From: Promethearchaeota archaeon
GTDB taxonomy: Archaea > Asgardarchaeota > Heimdallarchaeia > Hodarchaeales > Hodarchaeaceae
Assembly (NCBI GenBank): GCA_048938105.1
Contig: JBHLMN010000015.1
Coordinates: 1-64,000, forward strand
Direction of reading: 5' to 3'
DNA: 64,000 nucleotides
Shown here piece by piece: positions 39,498 through 48,799 of this stretch. Positions within the stretch are counted from its first letter, which is position 1. Every line of letters starts with the position of its first letter. A model generated the notes under the pieces. The model was not told where the DNA came from and did not search any database. It saw only the letters and a program-made list of their open reading frames with translations. Position numbers and translations under genes: made by a program.

Positions 39498-40434
39498 CTC
39501 CCAATAGATGATCTAGAATTGCCATCCGTATATAAACACCATTCTTAGCTTGTATAAAGTATTTTGCTTGAGGGAGTCGATCTATTTCATAAGGTATTTC
39601 ATCCACTCTTGGTAAAGGATGTAAAATTAATGAATTATCCTTAGCAGATCTGAGAAAGGATGAGTGTAGTTGAAAGGAACCTTTAACTTTCTGATAAAGC
39701 ATTGGATCAGGAAATCTTTCTTTCTGTAATCTTGTCACATAAAGAACGTCAAATTCGCTAATCACACCTGAAAGATCTTCCATTTCAATTAGTTCTAAGT
39801 TAGTTTCTTGAAGATCCAATCGTAACTCTTCTTGCAGACGTAAAGAAGGATGGGAAATGAGATATATAGTATTCCTACCAAATTTGCTCAAGGCTAGTAA
39901 TAATGATGAAATAGTTCTACTGTATCGCAAATCTCCCATGAGAGCAATATTTAATCCCGAGAGGCGGTCAAAAGACTCACGAATTGTAAAGATATCAAGA
40001 AGTGCCTGTGTTGGATGTTCTTGACTACCTGATCCCCCTGAAATCACTGGTACGCCAAATTTTTGGGCAATTTCTGCTGCTAGTTTCGCTGAACCTCGTA
40101 ATGGATGGCGAATTACAATTCCATCAGCATAATTCGCCAACATTGTAATCGTATCTGATAGAGACTCCCCTTTTTCAAGAGAAGTTCCTGCACTGCTTGA
40201 AAAACCAGTCACACTACCTCCAAGTCTTAACATTGCAATTTCAAAAGACAAACGAGTTCGTGTACTGGGTTCCCAAAAAGCTAAAGCTAAAATCTTTCCT
40301 TTCAGGCGATTTTTAAAATCAGATGGGTGTTGTTTAATCAATTTAGCATAATCTAAAATCCTAACGATATCCTGTTCTGATAAATCTCGTATTGCAACTA
40401 GATGCGAAGTACCTAAACCCTGATCGTTAACCAT
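39481..40434 (-). CDS. pyrB: Aspartate carbamoyltransferase catalytic subunit
   Basis: EPSTRTRLSF, KGESLSDT, HPTQALLD, TRLQKERF and HPLPR motifs. Confidence 0.96.
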   Translation of the reverse strand: MVNDQGLGTSHLVAIRDLSEQDIVRILDYAKLIKQHPSDFKNRLKGKILALAFWEPSTRTRLSFEIAMLRLGGSVTGFSSSAGTSLEKGESLSDTITMLANYADGIVIRHPLRGSAKLAAEIAQKFGVPVISGGSGSQEHPTQALLDIFTIRESFDRLSGLNIALMGDLRYSRTISSLLLALSKFGRNTIYLISHPSLRLQEELRLDLQETNLELIEMEDLSGVISEFDVLYVTRLQKERFPDPMLYQKVKGSFQLHSSFLRSAKDNSLILHPLPRVDEIPYEIDRLPQAKYFIQAKNGVYIRMAILDHLLGDESVE

Positions 40435-40781
40435 TCATTCTTCTCCTTATTACCTAATTTTTAATTATTTTCTTAAGTACTTGAATTAAATTTAGTGGAA
40501 GTAATGAAATAGATTTTTGTCGGAATTATAATTAAGAATTAACTAGATATCCATTGATGTCTCTGTGTTTAGAATAATATACTCTGTAATTTATACATGA
40601 GCTATAGAAATAAATTTTTTCTACCTGCAATAGTGGCATACATTTTTCTTCAATTATTAAACAGAATTTCTCAATTAAATTATATTTTAATAAATTCAGC
40701 TATAAAAACTAGATGTGGCTGCTTCAAACAAGTTTTTAACAAACCTAGCTGGATCGATAGAAACAATGCTTAACAATTAGC

Positions 40782-41462
40782 TTATTGTAAAAAAGAAATT
40801 ATTTCTTCTAAATTTTTAGTTTGACAAACAAGATCTGCTGCCTTAGCTACCTTCTCCGAACTAGGTTCAATCGCAATAGAGAGTTCTGCAATCTTAAACA
40901 TATCAATATCCGCTGTTGAATCTCCTATAGCAATTGAATTTTGAAGAGGTATCTGAAAATGTTGAAGTACTTTTTTTAGGACGTCTCCTTTCTCGTTCCA
41001 TCCAATCTTCACTTTAACTTCTCCTGTGATTCGATTGTTATGTCGAATCAGTTCATTTCCAATCCAATAATCAAAGCCAAATTGAAGAGCTACCTTTTCT
41101 ACAATATCTTCTAAACCCATTGACAGTATAACTAATTTACATTCTTTTCCCTTTAGAAATGAAATCAGTTCCTTTGCGCCTTCACGTATCTTGATACTAG
41201 CAAGTGCTTTTTGATATTCTTCCTCTGTACGATCAATCCAAACTTCAGCATCAGCTTTATCGAATTCATAATAAGAGATCTCTCCTTTAAGAAATCGATG
41301 TAGAATAGCTTTACCATATATCTCCCAAGTTCCAAAAAATTCGTGAACTGCTTGCCATGATGATCTATAGTCAGCAGTTGTTAGAGTTCCATCTAGATCG
41401 AATGCTATTAATGTAGATTCTGATAATTGGATCTTTTTGGCCTTTTTTTGCATGAGAAACAA
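40782..41462 (-). CDS. HAD-superfamily phosphatase (phosphoserine phosphatase-like, subfamily IB)
   Basis: FDLDGTL, ILSMG, conserved K and GDSTADIDM motifs. Confidence 0.88.
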   Translation of the reverse strand: MFLMQKKAKKIQLSESTLIAFDLDGTLTTADYRSSWQAVHEFFGTWEIYGKAILHRFLKGEISYYEFDKADAEVWIDRTEEEYQKALASIKIREGAKELISFLKGKECKLVILSMGLEDIVEKVALQFGFDYWIGNELIRHNNRITGEVKVKIGWNEKGDVLKKVLQHFQIPLQNSIAIGDSTADIDMFKIAELSIAIEPSSEKVAKAADLVCQTKNLEEIISFLQ

Positions 41463-41610
41463 GTAAATTCGATTATCAAAAATGATTTTCGTTCTGACAG
41501 GGAAAATTTATTTAATAAAAGCCAAAAGTTTTCGCAAAAATTCAATACATTCATGAATCAACTATTTAGAGAATCAATTGTAGTTCTCTTGTGCAAAGGA
41601 TGAAATAGGA

Positions 41611-42651
41611 ATGCGTGTAATCGTTAGTGGTATCAGTGGTTCAGGTAGATCTGATGCAGTAGAAGACCTGAAGAATTATCTTCAAAAGAACTATCCCAAG
41701 AAAAAATTAGTTGTAATGAACACCAATCGTATGATGTGGAAAACTGCACAGGAATTAAGAATGGATGTGAAACGTGAAAAAATGCTAGATCTCTCCCCTC
41801 CTACTTTTCAAGCATTGAGATCTACTGTTTTTGAACGTATTATCCGTGAAGTAGAAGAGTACGAAGAAAAGTACAGAAACGTTGCTATAATCATCAATAC
41901 GCATGCTACTTTCAGATGGAGAGAACATCTCTTGGCTGGATGGGATTTTTTCTATCTCACTAAATTAAAACCTGATCTATTTCTCACTATTATTAATGTA
42001 ATTAACGAGATTTATGAAGGCCTTGAAGCAAATCCACTCTGGAAGGGGATGAATAATCGACTCCAGTTGGGAATATGGCAAGAGGAAGAAGCTTTCACAA
42101 CGAAACTAATGGCTGAAATTCTAAAAAAACCTTTTTATATTATTGCACGCCGACAACCTCCCGAAACTCTCTATAAACTCATTTTTAAACATGAGGTGAG
42201 TGAAAAAGTATATCTATCTTACCCCATGACCCATATTCGAGATAAAGGTAAAAAAAAAGAGATTGAAAACCTCGCTCAAGAGCTCAGAAACTTAGGTTTG
42301 GTTGTATTTGATCCAGGAACAATGGAGCTCGAAAAAGTCCATAACGACATTCCCGAAGAAATTCGTTTATATGATTTCTATCAAACGGTCTATCGTGACT
42401 TCCAACTCATTGATCAAGGAACAATGGTTATTGTTTTCTATCCTGAGATTGTTCATTCGTCAGGAGTTGTAAACGAACAAGCTTACGGTTTTCGAAACAA
42501 TAAGTATGTCTTTGCAGTTTTTCCCGCGGAAAATCACAGCCCATTCACAAGCTTCTTTGCTGATAAAACATTCTTATCTGTTGATGAACTTATTTTATTC
42601 CTCAAGGAAGAGTTCATTCCTTCTCGTAAATTACAGATCGATGATTATTAA
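41611..42651 (+). CDS. Archaeal adenylate-kinase-like P-loop domain fused to a nucleoside 2-deoxyribosyltransferase-like domain
   Basis: SGISGSGRS, INTHATF and WQEEE motifs, then VYLSYPMT...VFDP...RDFQLID...SSGVVNEQAYG. Confidence 0.7.
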   Translation: MRVIVSGISGSGRSDAVEDLKNYLQKNYPKKKLVVMNTNRMMWKTAQELRMDVKREKMLDLSPPTFQALRSTVFERIIREVEEYEEKYRNVAIIINTHATFRWREHLLAGWDFFYLTKLKPDLFLTIINVINEIYEGLEANPLWKGMNNRLQLGIWQEEEAFTTKLMAEILKKPFYIIARRQPPETLYKLIFKHEVSEKVYLSYPMTHIRDKGKKKEIENLAQELRNLGLVVFDPGTMELEKVHNDIPEEIRLYDFYQTVYRDFQLIDQGTMVIVFYPEIVHSSGVVNEQAYGFRNNKYVFAVFPAENHSPFTSFFADKTFLSVDELILFLKEEFIPSRKLQIDDY

Positions 42652-43325
42652 CGATAAGGAAATGTCTTTGAAGCTACTTTTGGAGTAAAATCAACCACAC
42701 TTGGAATAACTTGGATATTAACAAGAATATGATAAAGCCTTTATGGCTATGCCGATAACCAAGAAGAAATAAAGAGCCAAAGAGAAAAGGTTTTTTTCTT
42801 GCGGAAGATATTGAATATTATTTCAAGAAAAGAAAAATAATTTTGATGAATGGAACAACTTATTGGTTCTGATTAAAAAAATCCAGTGTTCTTTCAATGA
42901 GTTCTTCTAGAGGAGAAGATAATGGAAAAATGGCTGAAATAGATATGGAATTTGATGAAAAAGTTGGATTATTCTTTAAGAATTTAAACTTTATGTTTGG
43001 AAGGAAAAAAGGATCAGCCTGAGCTGATAAATATCGAGCATCAGAATAGGAGTCATCTGGTAAGAATTCTCCTTTAGGAAGCTTCAACGGGAATATCAAT
43101 TGAAAGATCATATTAGATGTTTTAATTAATGCTATTTTATCATATTTATTTCGTGGAAGGAAGCCAGGAGAAACTTTCAGACAATATCTGGCCATTTTTA
43201 AACAAGCGCACAATCCAGTTGGCTCTAAATTAGGCATTACCTTAATAGAATTCTGCAAACCTTGTTGAAATAAGACCAAGGGATCCCATGAAACAGACAA
43301 GTTACTCAAGCCATTATTAAGGATA

Positions 43326-45239
43326 TTATTGAGAATTCTTATTTTTTTTCCTCCAAAGTACATAAGAGCTTATCAAAGCAGCGATATTTGGAAGAAGACT
43401 CCAAGGGGAAGTTCTAGAGGATGAAGTAGATTTTTCAGTTGTTGTTTCGGTTGTAGTTTTAGTAGTTTCTGAAAGTTTCACCGTAATCATCAATGAATCA
43501 CATGAGGACTGACCAGCGGAATTAAGTGCTTTTATAGTGATATTGTAAGATCCTTCTGCCAAATCAATATTAAAGGAGTTAAAGGGTTTTATCGAATCGT
43601 TCTCTTCAATAGATCCATTTACAAGAAGAGATACCTGTACTGCGTTGGAACTCACTTTGAAATCAATTGTAACGGGGCTAAGAAAGTCAGTAGTAGTTGT
43701 AGAAATTTCGATACGTGGAACATAAGTAAGTCCTGTATCAACATTGTCAAAAAGAACCCACTCGATCAGAACAGGGATAAAATGCTCGTTATCATGAACA
43801 AAATGTGGAGCAAATGAAAAATCTGAAAAAGATGTATCCCCAAAGACGATTATTCGATCATCATCATCAGAAAGACGTTCTAAAGCAACAAGGGGGATTC
43901 GTTCACCTCCAGAACCATCATCTGTGTCATCCCATACAACAGTTATACCAGGAGCAGATTCATCGTATTGATAATGATATTGAGAACCATTTACTAAGAT
44001 TTGGAGGTCATTAGATTGAGCAGCGAAATAGAGAGAATTAGGAGAGAAAAGTTGGAATACTTGCGCCACATCGAGGAATGACTTTCCTTGAGGTGCTTGA
44101 ACATTTTCAGTGTCAATATACCAATCTTTTTCGTCATAATAATATGGATCATCAGGAACAGTGTAAATATTGTCGTCATTCATCCGGATGACAGTTCCAA
44201 TAGCGGAAAGTAATTCATTGATTGCAGAATGGTTAATTGACAAGGTAAAATCTCCTCTTCCAGTGATAAATACTGATTTTCTTCCTGAGTCAAGCCAGTT
44301 TGTTATCGCATTTAGCTCTTCTATTGCAAAATTTGTTCCAAATGCGGTCACAATAAGAAAATTAACATCTTCTAAATCGGCCGCGCTAATGATATCCTCA
44401 TTAACAACTACTTCAAAACCAAGTGAGGAAAGATAGGACATGAGATTCTTTAATTGATCTTGGATTTCATAGTCATTGCCATGGCTACCATCAATCAATG
44501 CTTTTTGGGTGATTTTTGTCTCTATAATCGGTGCAAGGCTGTCTCCAATACCTTTTCGCCAGAGAGATGCTAATCCTGCTATGGCTCGGGTTAGTTGTTC
44601 TTCAGTAATTGCCTTGATGGTTACATTGTTGACAACTGCATCGGTTTGGTTTCCATCTGGATAAACATTTCTAATGTCATCATAGTATTGATGAGCATGA
44701 ATTGCTGCATCAATAGCATACTGTTGAATGTCAGAAATATTACTATCTAAGGTAATTGATCCGATTGTGAATTCTGAAAGGTAATAATTAATATCTGACT
44801 CATAAGCAGAATGACCAGGCCAATATTCATCAGTATGAACAGGAATATTGAGATCAGCCCAGTAGTGACCCATTATTGCACCTGCTAGAATTGCTTCTGG
44901 ATAATTCCCCGAAGAAAGATTCGCGACATAATAATTGTACCATCTCTCAATTGCTTGAGGTCCAGTTGTCTCTGAAGGATCTTCTGGATAATAGAGATGA
45001 TTAGGGGTATCCCCAATATCGTGCCATGTGTCAGGAAGTATTGATCCTCCTTTTACTAAAGATATCAACGAATTGAAAAGAACTTGCCAATCAGTATCAA
45101 GATATTCAATCGCTTCTTCAGCAATTAAATGATGAGTGGGCCAACCCCACTGGGGAGCCGCCTGACTAGATTTGAGTTGAATAAAAGGCATCATAAATAG
45201 AAGAATTATTATAATTAAAGGATATTTGAATTTGGTCAT
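43326..45239 (-). CDS. Surface-anchored Zn-dependent phospholipase C/S1-P1 nuclease-family enzyme with GIFT/DUF4350-like and Ig-like domains
   Basis: Signal peptide; WGWPTHHLIAE, LPD, HYWADLNIPVH and HSAYE motifs; Thr-rich linker; SPW + TM helix + basic tail. Confidence 0.8.
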   Translation of the reverse strand: MTKFKYPLIIIILLFMMPFIQLKSSQAAPQWGWPTHHLIAEEAIEYLDTDWQVLFNSLISLVKGGSILPDTWHDIGDTPNHLYYPEDPSETTGPQAIERWYNYYVANLSSGNYPEAILAGAIMGHYWADLNIPVHTDEYWPGHSAYESDINYYLSEFTIGSITLDSNISDIQQYAIDAAIHAHQYYDDIRNVYPDGNQTDAVVNNVTIKAITEEQLTRAIAGLASLWRKGIGDSLAPIIETKITQKALIDGSHGNDYEIQDQLKNLMSYLSSLGFEVVVNEDIISAADLEDVNFLIVTAFGTNFAIEELNAITNWLDSGRKSVFITGRGDFTLSINHSAINELLSAIGTVIRMNDDNIYTVPDDPYYYDEKDWYIDTENVQAPQGKSFLDVAQVFQLFSPNSLYFAAQSNDLQILVNGSQYHYQYDESAPGITVVWDDTDDGSGGERIPLVALERLSDDDDRIIVFGDTSFSDFSFAPHFVHDNEHFIPVLIEWVLFDNVDTGLTYVPRIEISTTTTDFLSPVTIDFKVSSNAVQVSLLVNGSIEENDSIKPFNSFNIDLAEGSYNITIKALNSAGQSSCDSLMITVKLSETTKTTTETTTEKSTSSSRTSPWSLLPNIAALISSYVLWRKKNKNSQ

Positions 45240-45496
45240 AGTTAAACCTCAGAATAAAATTATCTTTCATGAGAAAGTTTAGTGAAGCTTTATATTCTTT
45301 TTCAATGTTTTTTTTAAAACTAGTAAATTAGTTGAGTTATTATCAAAATTATATAGAAATTTTCATCTAAAGATATTATCTTATTGGATCTGAATTGATT
45401 TTTGTTTAATTCAAGGATTCTAGTGCTGATTCAGTTAATAATTCAAAAATTTTTTCAAGAGATTGAAAAATTTTTAAAATATATTTACAGAATATA

Positions 45497-47239
45497 ATGA
45501 TGGTTATGAAAATGAGTAAGAATTTCTCAAGAACTTTAAGTAAACATATTCTAATCTTTCTGTGTATTGGATCAATGATTGGTGTTTGCTTTGAAGTAAT
45601 AACATCAAATACTATTCATAATGAGATTATTATAAATTCAAAGAATCCTATAAAAACAACAGGCACTATAGAAGAAGATATTCCTCTTGTAATTAAAATT
45701 TTATGCTACAACATTCAAGATAGTGGTCGTGATCCAAGATTTCTAGATGTACTAAAAGAAGAAAACGCAGACATAATCATGTTGGACGAAACATCTGAGT
45801 TTGGGGAATCAAATTATGCTTTACTCAAGCAAGTGGTAAAAAGTTTAAATAATTACTTTGTTGATGAAGACCCTTATACTGGTAAAACATTTTTGTGGTG
45901 TGATGAAACAATCATTAGTCGTTTTCCAATTGTTGATGTTAAATTAGTAAAACCTCTTATTTTAGATAATGGCGAAGAATATGATTTTTATAGAGATCCC
46001 CTTGATGCAGTGGTTAAAGTCAGGGATACAGACATTCACTTGATCGGAGTACACTTCAAATGTTGTGGGGATATAAGGAAACCAGGAGAGTGTAGAGAAG
46101 CAACAACGAGAGAAAATACAATGGAATCGGTCATTAATTACATGGATGATCTAGGGGATGTTCCAATAATTTATCTTGGGGATTTCAATTGCTATAATCC
46201 TATTGACATAGGAATCCTAGCTCCCAAAGTGATGAATCTTGGAGATGAACCTATTGATATGCTACTTAATGAAACAAATCCTCATGCTTCAGAGGTGCAT
46301 TCGTGGATCGATACTTTTAGGGAATTGAACCCATATGATCCAGGATACACTTATGACATAGATCCATATGGAAGTAGGATAGACTATATTTTTGTTAACC
46401 AATTCTTTGACACAAATTTAATCAATGCAACAGTAGGAGACACAGCGTCAGCCAAAGTAGGTTCTGATCATTATTCTCTTGATCTCTGGTTAAACATGGA
46501 TCCTACAGTTATTAATCTTCGATTTCCTAGGCAGGTGACTGGACTAAATGGGTCTATTATAAGCCCAACAGGGGTAAACATAACATGGGCTCCTAATGAG
46601 GAGGAAAATATTTCACACTATTTCGTATATCGTGATAAACTTAGAATAGCTAATATTACTGAGAATTTCTATGTTGATAATACATTGATTGCAGGTCAGA
46701 ATTATAGGTATACTGTAGGTGCAATAGATACGAGTAGGTATAAAGGCTTAAATTCAAGACATATTTTCGTTAATACAAGTTATGGGGTTGTAACTACCAC
46801 TGTTTCACCCGAATTGAAAGGAAATGCTAGAGATCAAGAAGTAACTTTAACATGGGAAATGCCAAAACAATATATTTTACCACAAATCCAGGGATTTTCC
46901 ATATATGAAGAAATTCAAAACAATTCTGGCACATTTTTTTCATTAATCGCTGATATACCAAGTGATAACAGAAGCTATACTCTGATAAACCTTGTTAACG
47001 GTCAGGAATATTCTTTTAGAGTTACAGCGATAAGTGAGTTAGGAGAAAGTTCAATGTCCAATAGAGTTACACTAAAACCTTCTGCTCCTGAACCATCTAC
47101 AAGCACTACTAGCTCTATAACAACAACACAGACCACGACAACGTCTACAAATGAGAGAACGCCAGGATTCGATTTTATTATTGGAATTGCCGCGGTACTA
47201 GCTCTAGTGATAGGTCTTACTCTCAGGAAAAAGCATTAG
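45497..47239 (+). CDS. Surface-anchored endonuclease/exonuclease/phosphatase (DNase I-like fold) with Fn3 domains and PGF-type anchor
   Basis: YNI, ADIIMLDE, VHFK, LGDFN, RIDYIF and SDH motifs; two Fn3 domains; TPGF-TM-RKKH. Confidence 0.87.
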   Translation: MMVMKMSKNFSRTLSKHILIFLCIGSMIGVCFEVITSNTIHNEIIINSKNPIKTTGTIEEDIPLVIKILCYNIQDSGRDPRFLDVLKEENADIIMLDETSEFGESNYALLKQVVKSLNNYFVDEDPYTGKTFLWCDETIISRFPIVDVKLVKPLILDNGEEYDFYRDPLDAVVKVRDTDIHLIGVHFKCCGDIRKPGECREATTRENTMESVINYMDDLGDVPIIYLGDFNCYNPIDIGILAPKVMNLGDEPIDMLLNETNPHASEVHSWIDTFRELNPYDPGYTYDIDPYGSRIDYIFVNQFFDTNLINATVGDTASAKVGSDHYSLDLWLNMDPTVINLRFPRQVTGLNGSIISPTGVNITWAPNEEENISHYFVYRDKLRIANITENFYVDNTLIAGQNYRYTVGAIDTSRYKGLNSRHIFVNTSYGVVTTTVSPELKGNARDQEVTLTWEMPKQYILPQIQGFSIYEEIQNNSGTFFSLIADIPSDNRSYTLINLVNGQEYSFRVTAISELGESSMSNRVTLKPSAPEPSTSTTSSITTTQTTTTSTNERTPGFDFIIGIAAVLALVIGLTLRKKH

Positions 47240-47589
47240 TTATCATTCTATTCTCTTTTTTTTTATTTTATTCACATCTGATCTAATTATTTTTGATGTA
47301 GAGAGGTAAATCACGGATTTTTTAACTCAAATCATCTTATAAGATACATTATACACTCTCTCTTTTACTTTCTTTGACTTCACTGAATCCATAAAAGCAA
47401 ATCAAAAGTCTGTAGTCTCAAAAGTATTAATAGTATAGTTTCAATACACAACATTTATTCTTTGCCAAAATTATTTGTATAGACCAATGTGAGAAAAACT
47501 GGGGTTTCTACAGTGTTGTGAGGGAGTGAAGAGGACATTACTGAATTAAATTAAATCGTATTATTAGTAGAATTTTTATTTTCTCTGCT

Positions 47590-48669
47590 TTAGTATGCAG
47601 TTGGTCCAAATGCAAGGACATTATCTGGATTAACTCTTAGATAAACATTCTGTCCTATTTTTATGGGTACTTCAGTTTCTGTACGATAAACTATAACATC
47701 GGAACCATCTGTTAATCTTACAGTCATCCGTTCATACGTTCCATGATACATAATCGTTCGGACACGGCCAGGGAGTTGATTTGTGTTTAGATCTTCTGTA
47801 ATATCAACCTTAAATTTATTTGGTCTTAAGACAACACGAGCTTTCTTTCCTATTTCAAGTTCTTTTGTGAAAGTTGTCTTCAGAGTTCTATTTGTTTTTG
47901 CGATTTCTAATAATCCAGTCCCATCCTGAGTTGATTTAACAGGAAATTCAAGTAAATTTGCCTCACCGATAAAAGTTCCTACAAAAGAATTTTCTGGCTG
48001 TTCCCAAATCTCTCTTGGTCTTCCCGTTTGACGGATACGCCCTTTATCCATGACAACTATGTAATCTGAAATACTTAAAGCCTCTTCTTGATCGTGAGTT
48101 ACATAAATGGCCGTTAGCTCTAGTTCTTTCACTAAATCTCGGATATCACGACGAGTTTCAATCCGTAATTTAGCATCAAGATTAGATAGTGGTTCGTCCA
48201 TCAAGAGTACGTCAGGGTTTACTACAAGACAACGTGCCACGGCTACTCTTTGTTGTTGGCCACCAGAAAGCTTGAGAGGCATTCTATCCATGAAATCTTC
48301 CATCTGTACCATTTTCAATGAATCTAAAGCACGTCGATATTGTTCTTCTCTTCCAACCTTTCGTAATTTTAAGCCATATGTTACATTGTCTTTTACTGAC
48401 ATATGGGGCCATAATGCATAATTTTGAAAGACCATTGCTGTGTTTCTTTTTTGCGGTGGCATATCTGTTATGTCTTTATCCCCAAAATAGATTTTTCCAT
48501 TATCAGGAAAATAAAAACCAGCTATTGTACGTAAAGTGGTCGATTTCCCACAGCCAGAAGGGCCCAAGAGTGTTAAAATTTCTCCTTCACGTACTTCAAA
48601 TGAAACATTATCAACAGCTACTACTTCTTCAAATTTCTTTGTGATATTCTTTAAAATAACTTCAACCAT
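47590..48669 (-). CDS. ABC importer ATP-binding subunit (FbpC/PotA/MalK-like, TOBE domain)
   Basis: GPSGCGKS, VFQNYAL, LSGGQQQR, DEPLSNLD and YVTHDQEEA motifs. Confidence 0.95.
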   Translation of the reverse strand: MVEVILKNITKKFEEVVAVDNVSFEVREGEILTLLGPSGCGKSTTLRTIAGFYFPDNGKIYFGDKDITDMPPQKRNTAMVFQNYALWPHMSVKDNVTYGLKLRKVGREEQYRRALDSLKMVQMEDFMDRMPLKLSGGQQQRVAVARCLVVNPDVLLMDEPLSNLDAKLRIETRRDIRDLVKELELTAIYVTHDQEEALSISDYIVVMDKGRIRQTGRPREIWEQPENSFVGTFIGEANLLEFPVKSTQDGTGLLEIAKTNRTLKTTFTKELEIGKKARVVLRPNKFKVDITEDLNTNQLPGRVRTIMYHGTYERMTVRLTDGSDVIVYRTETEVPIKIGQNVYLRVNPDNVLAFGPTAY

Positions 48670-48799
48670 TTGTCAATTCCTCTATTGTTAATATATTGTT
48701 TTTTATTCGATTTTAGGAATTTAAGTAATGTCAATTATTTTTTGTTAATTTGACTAATCATTTATAAATTATTTTCCATCAAATGGGCATTCTGTGAAT

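Noticed and set aside
42860-43363. 167-aa minus-strand ORF
   Set aside because: Overlaps the 3' end of the upstream gene in another frame and has no recognisable motifs, so it is not supportable as a CDS
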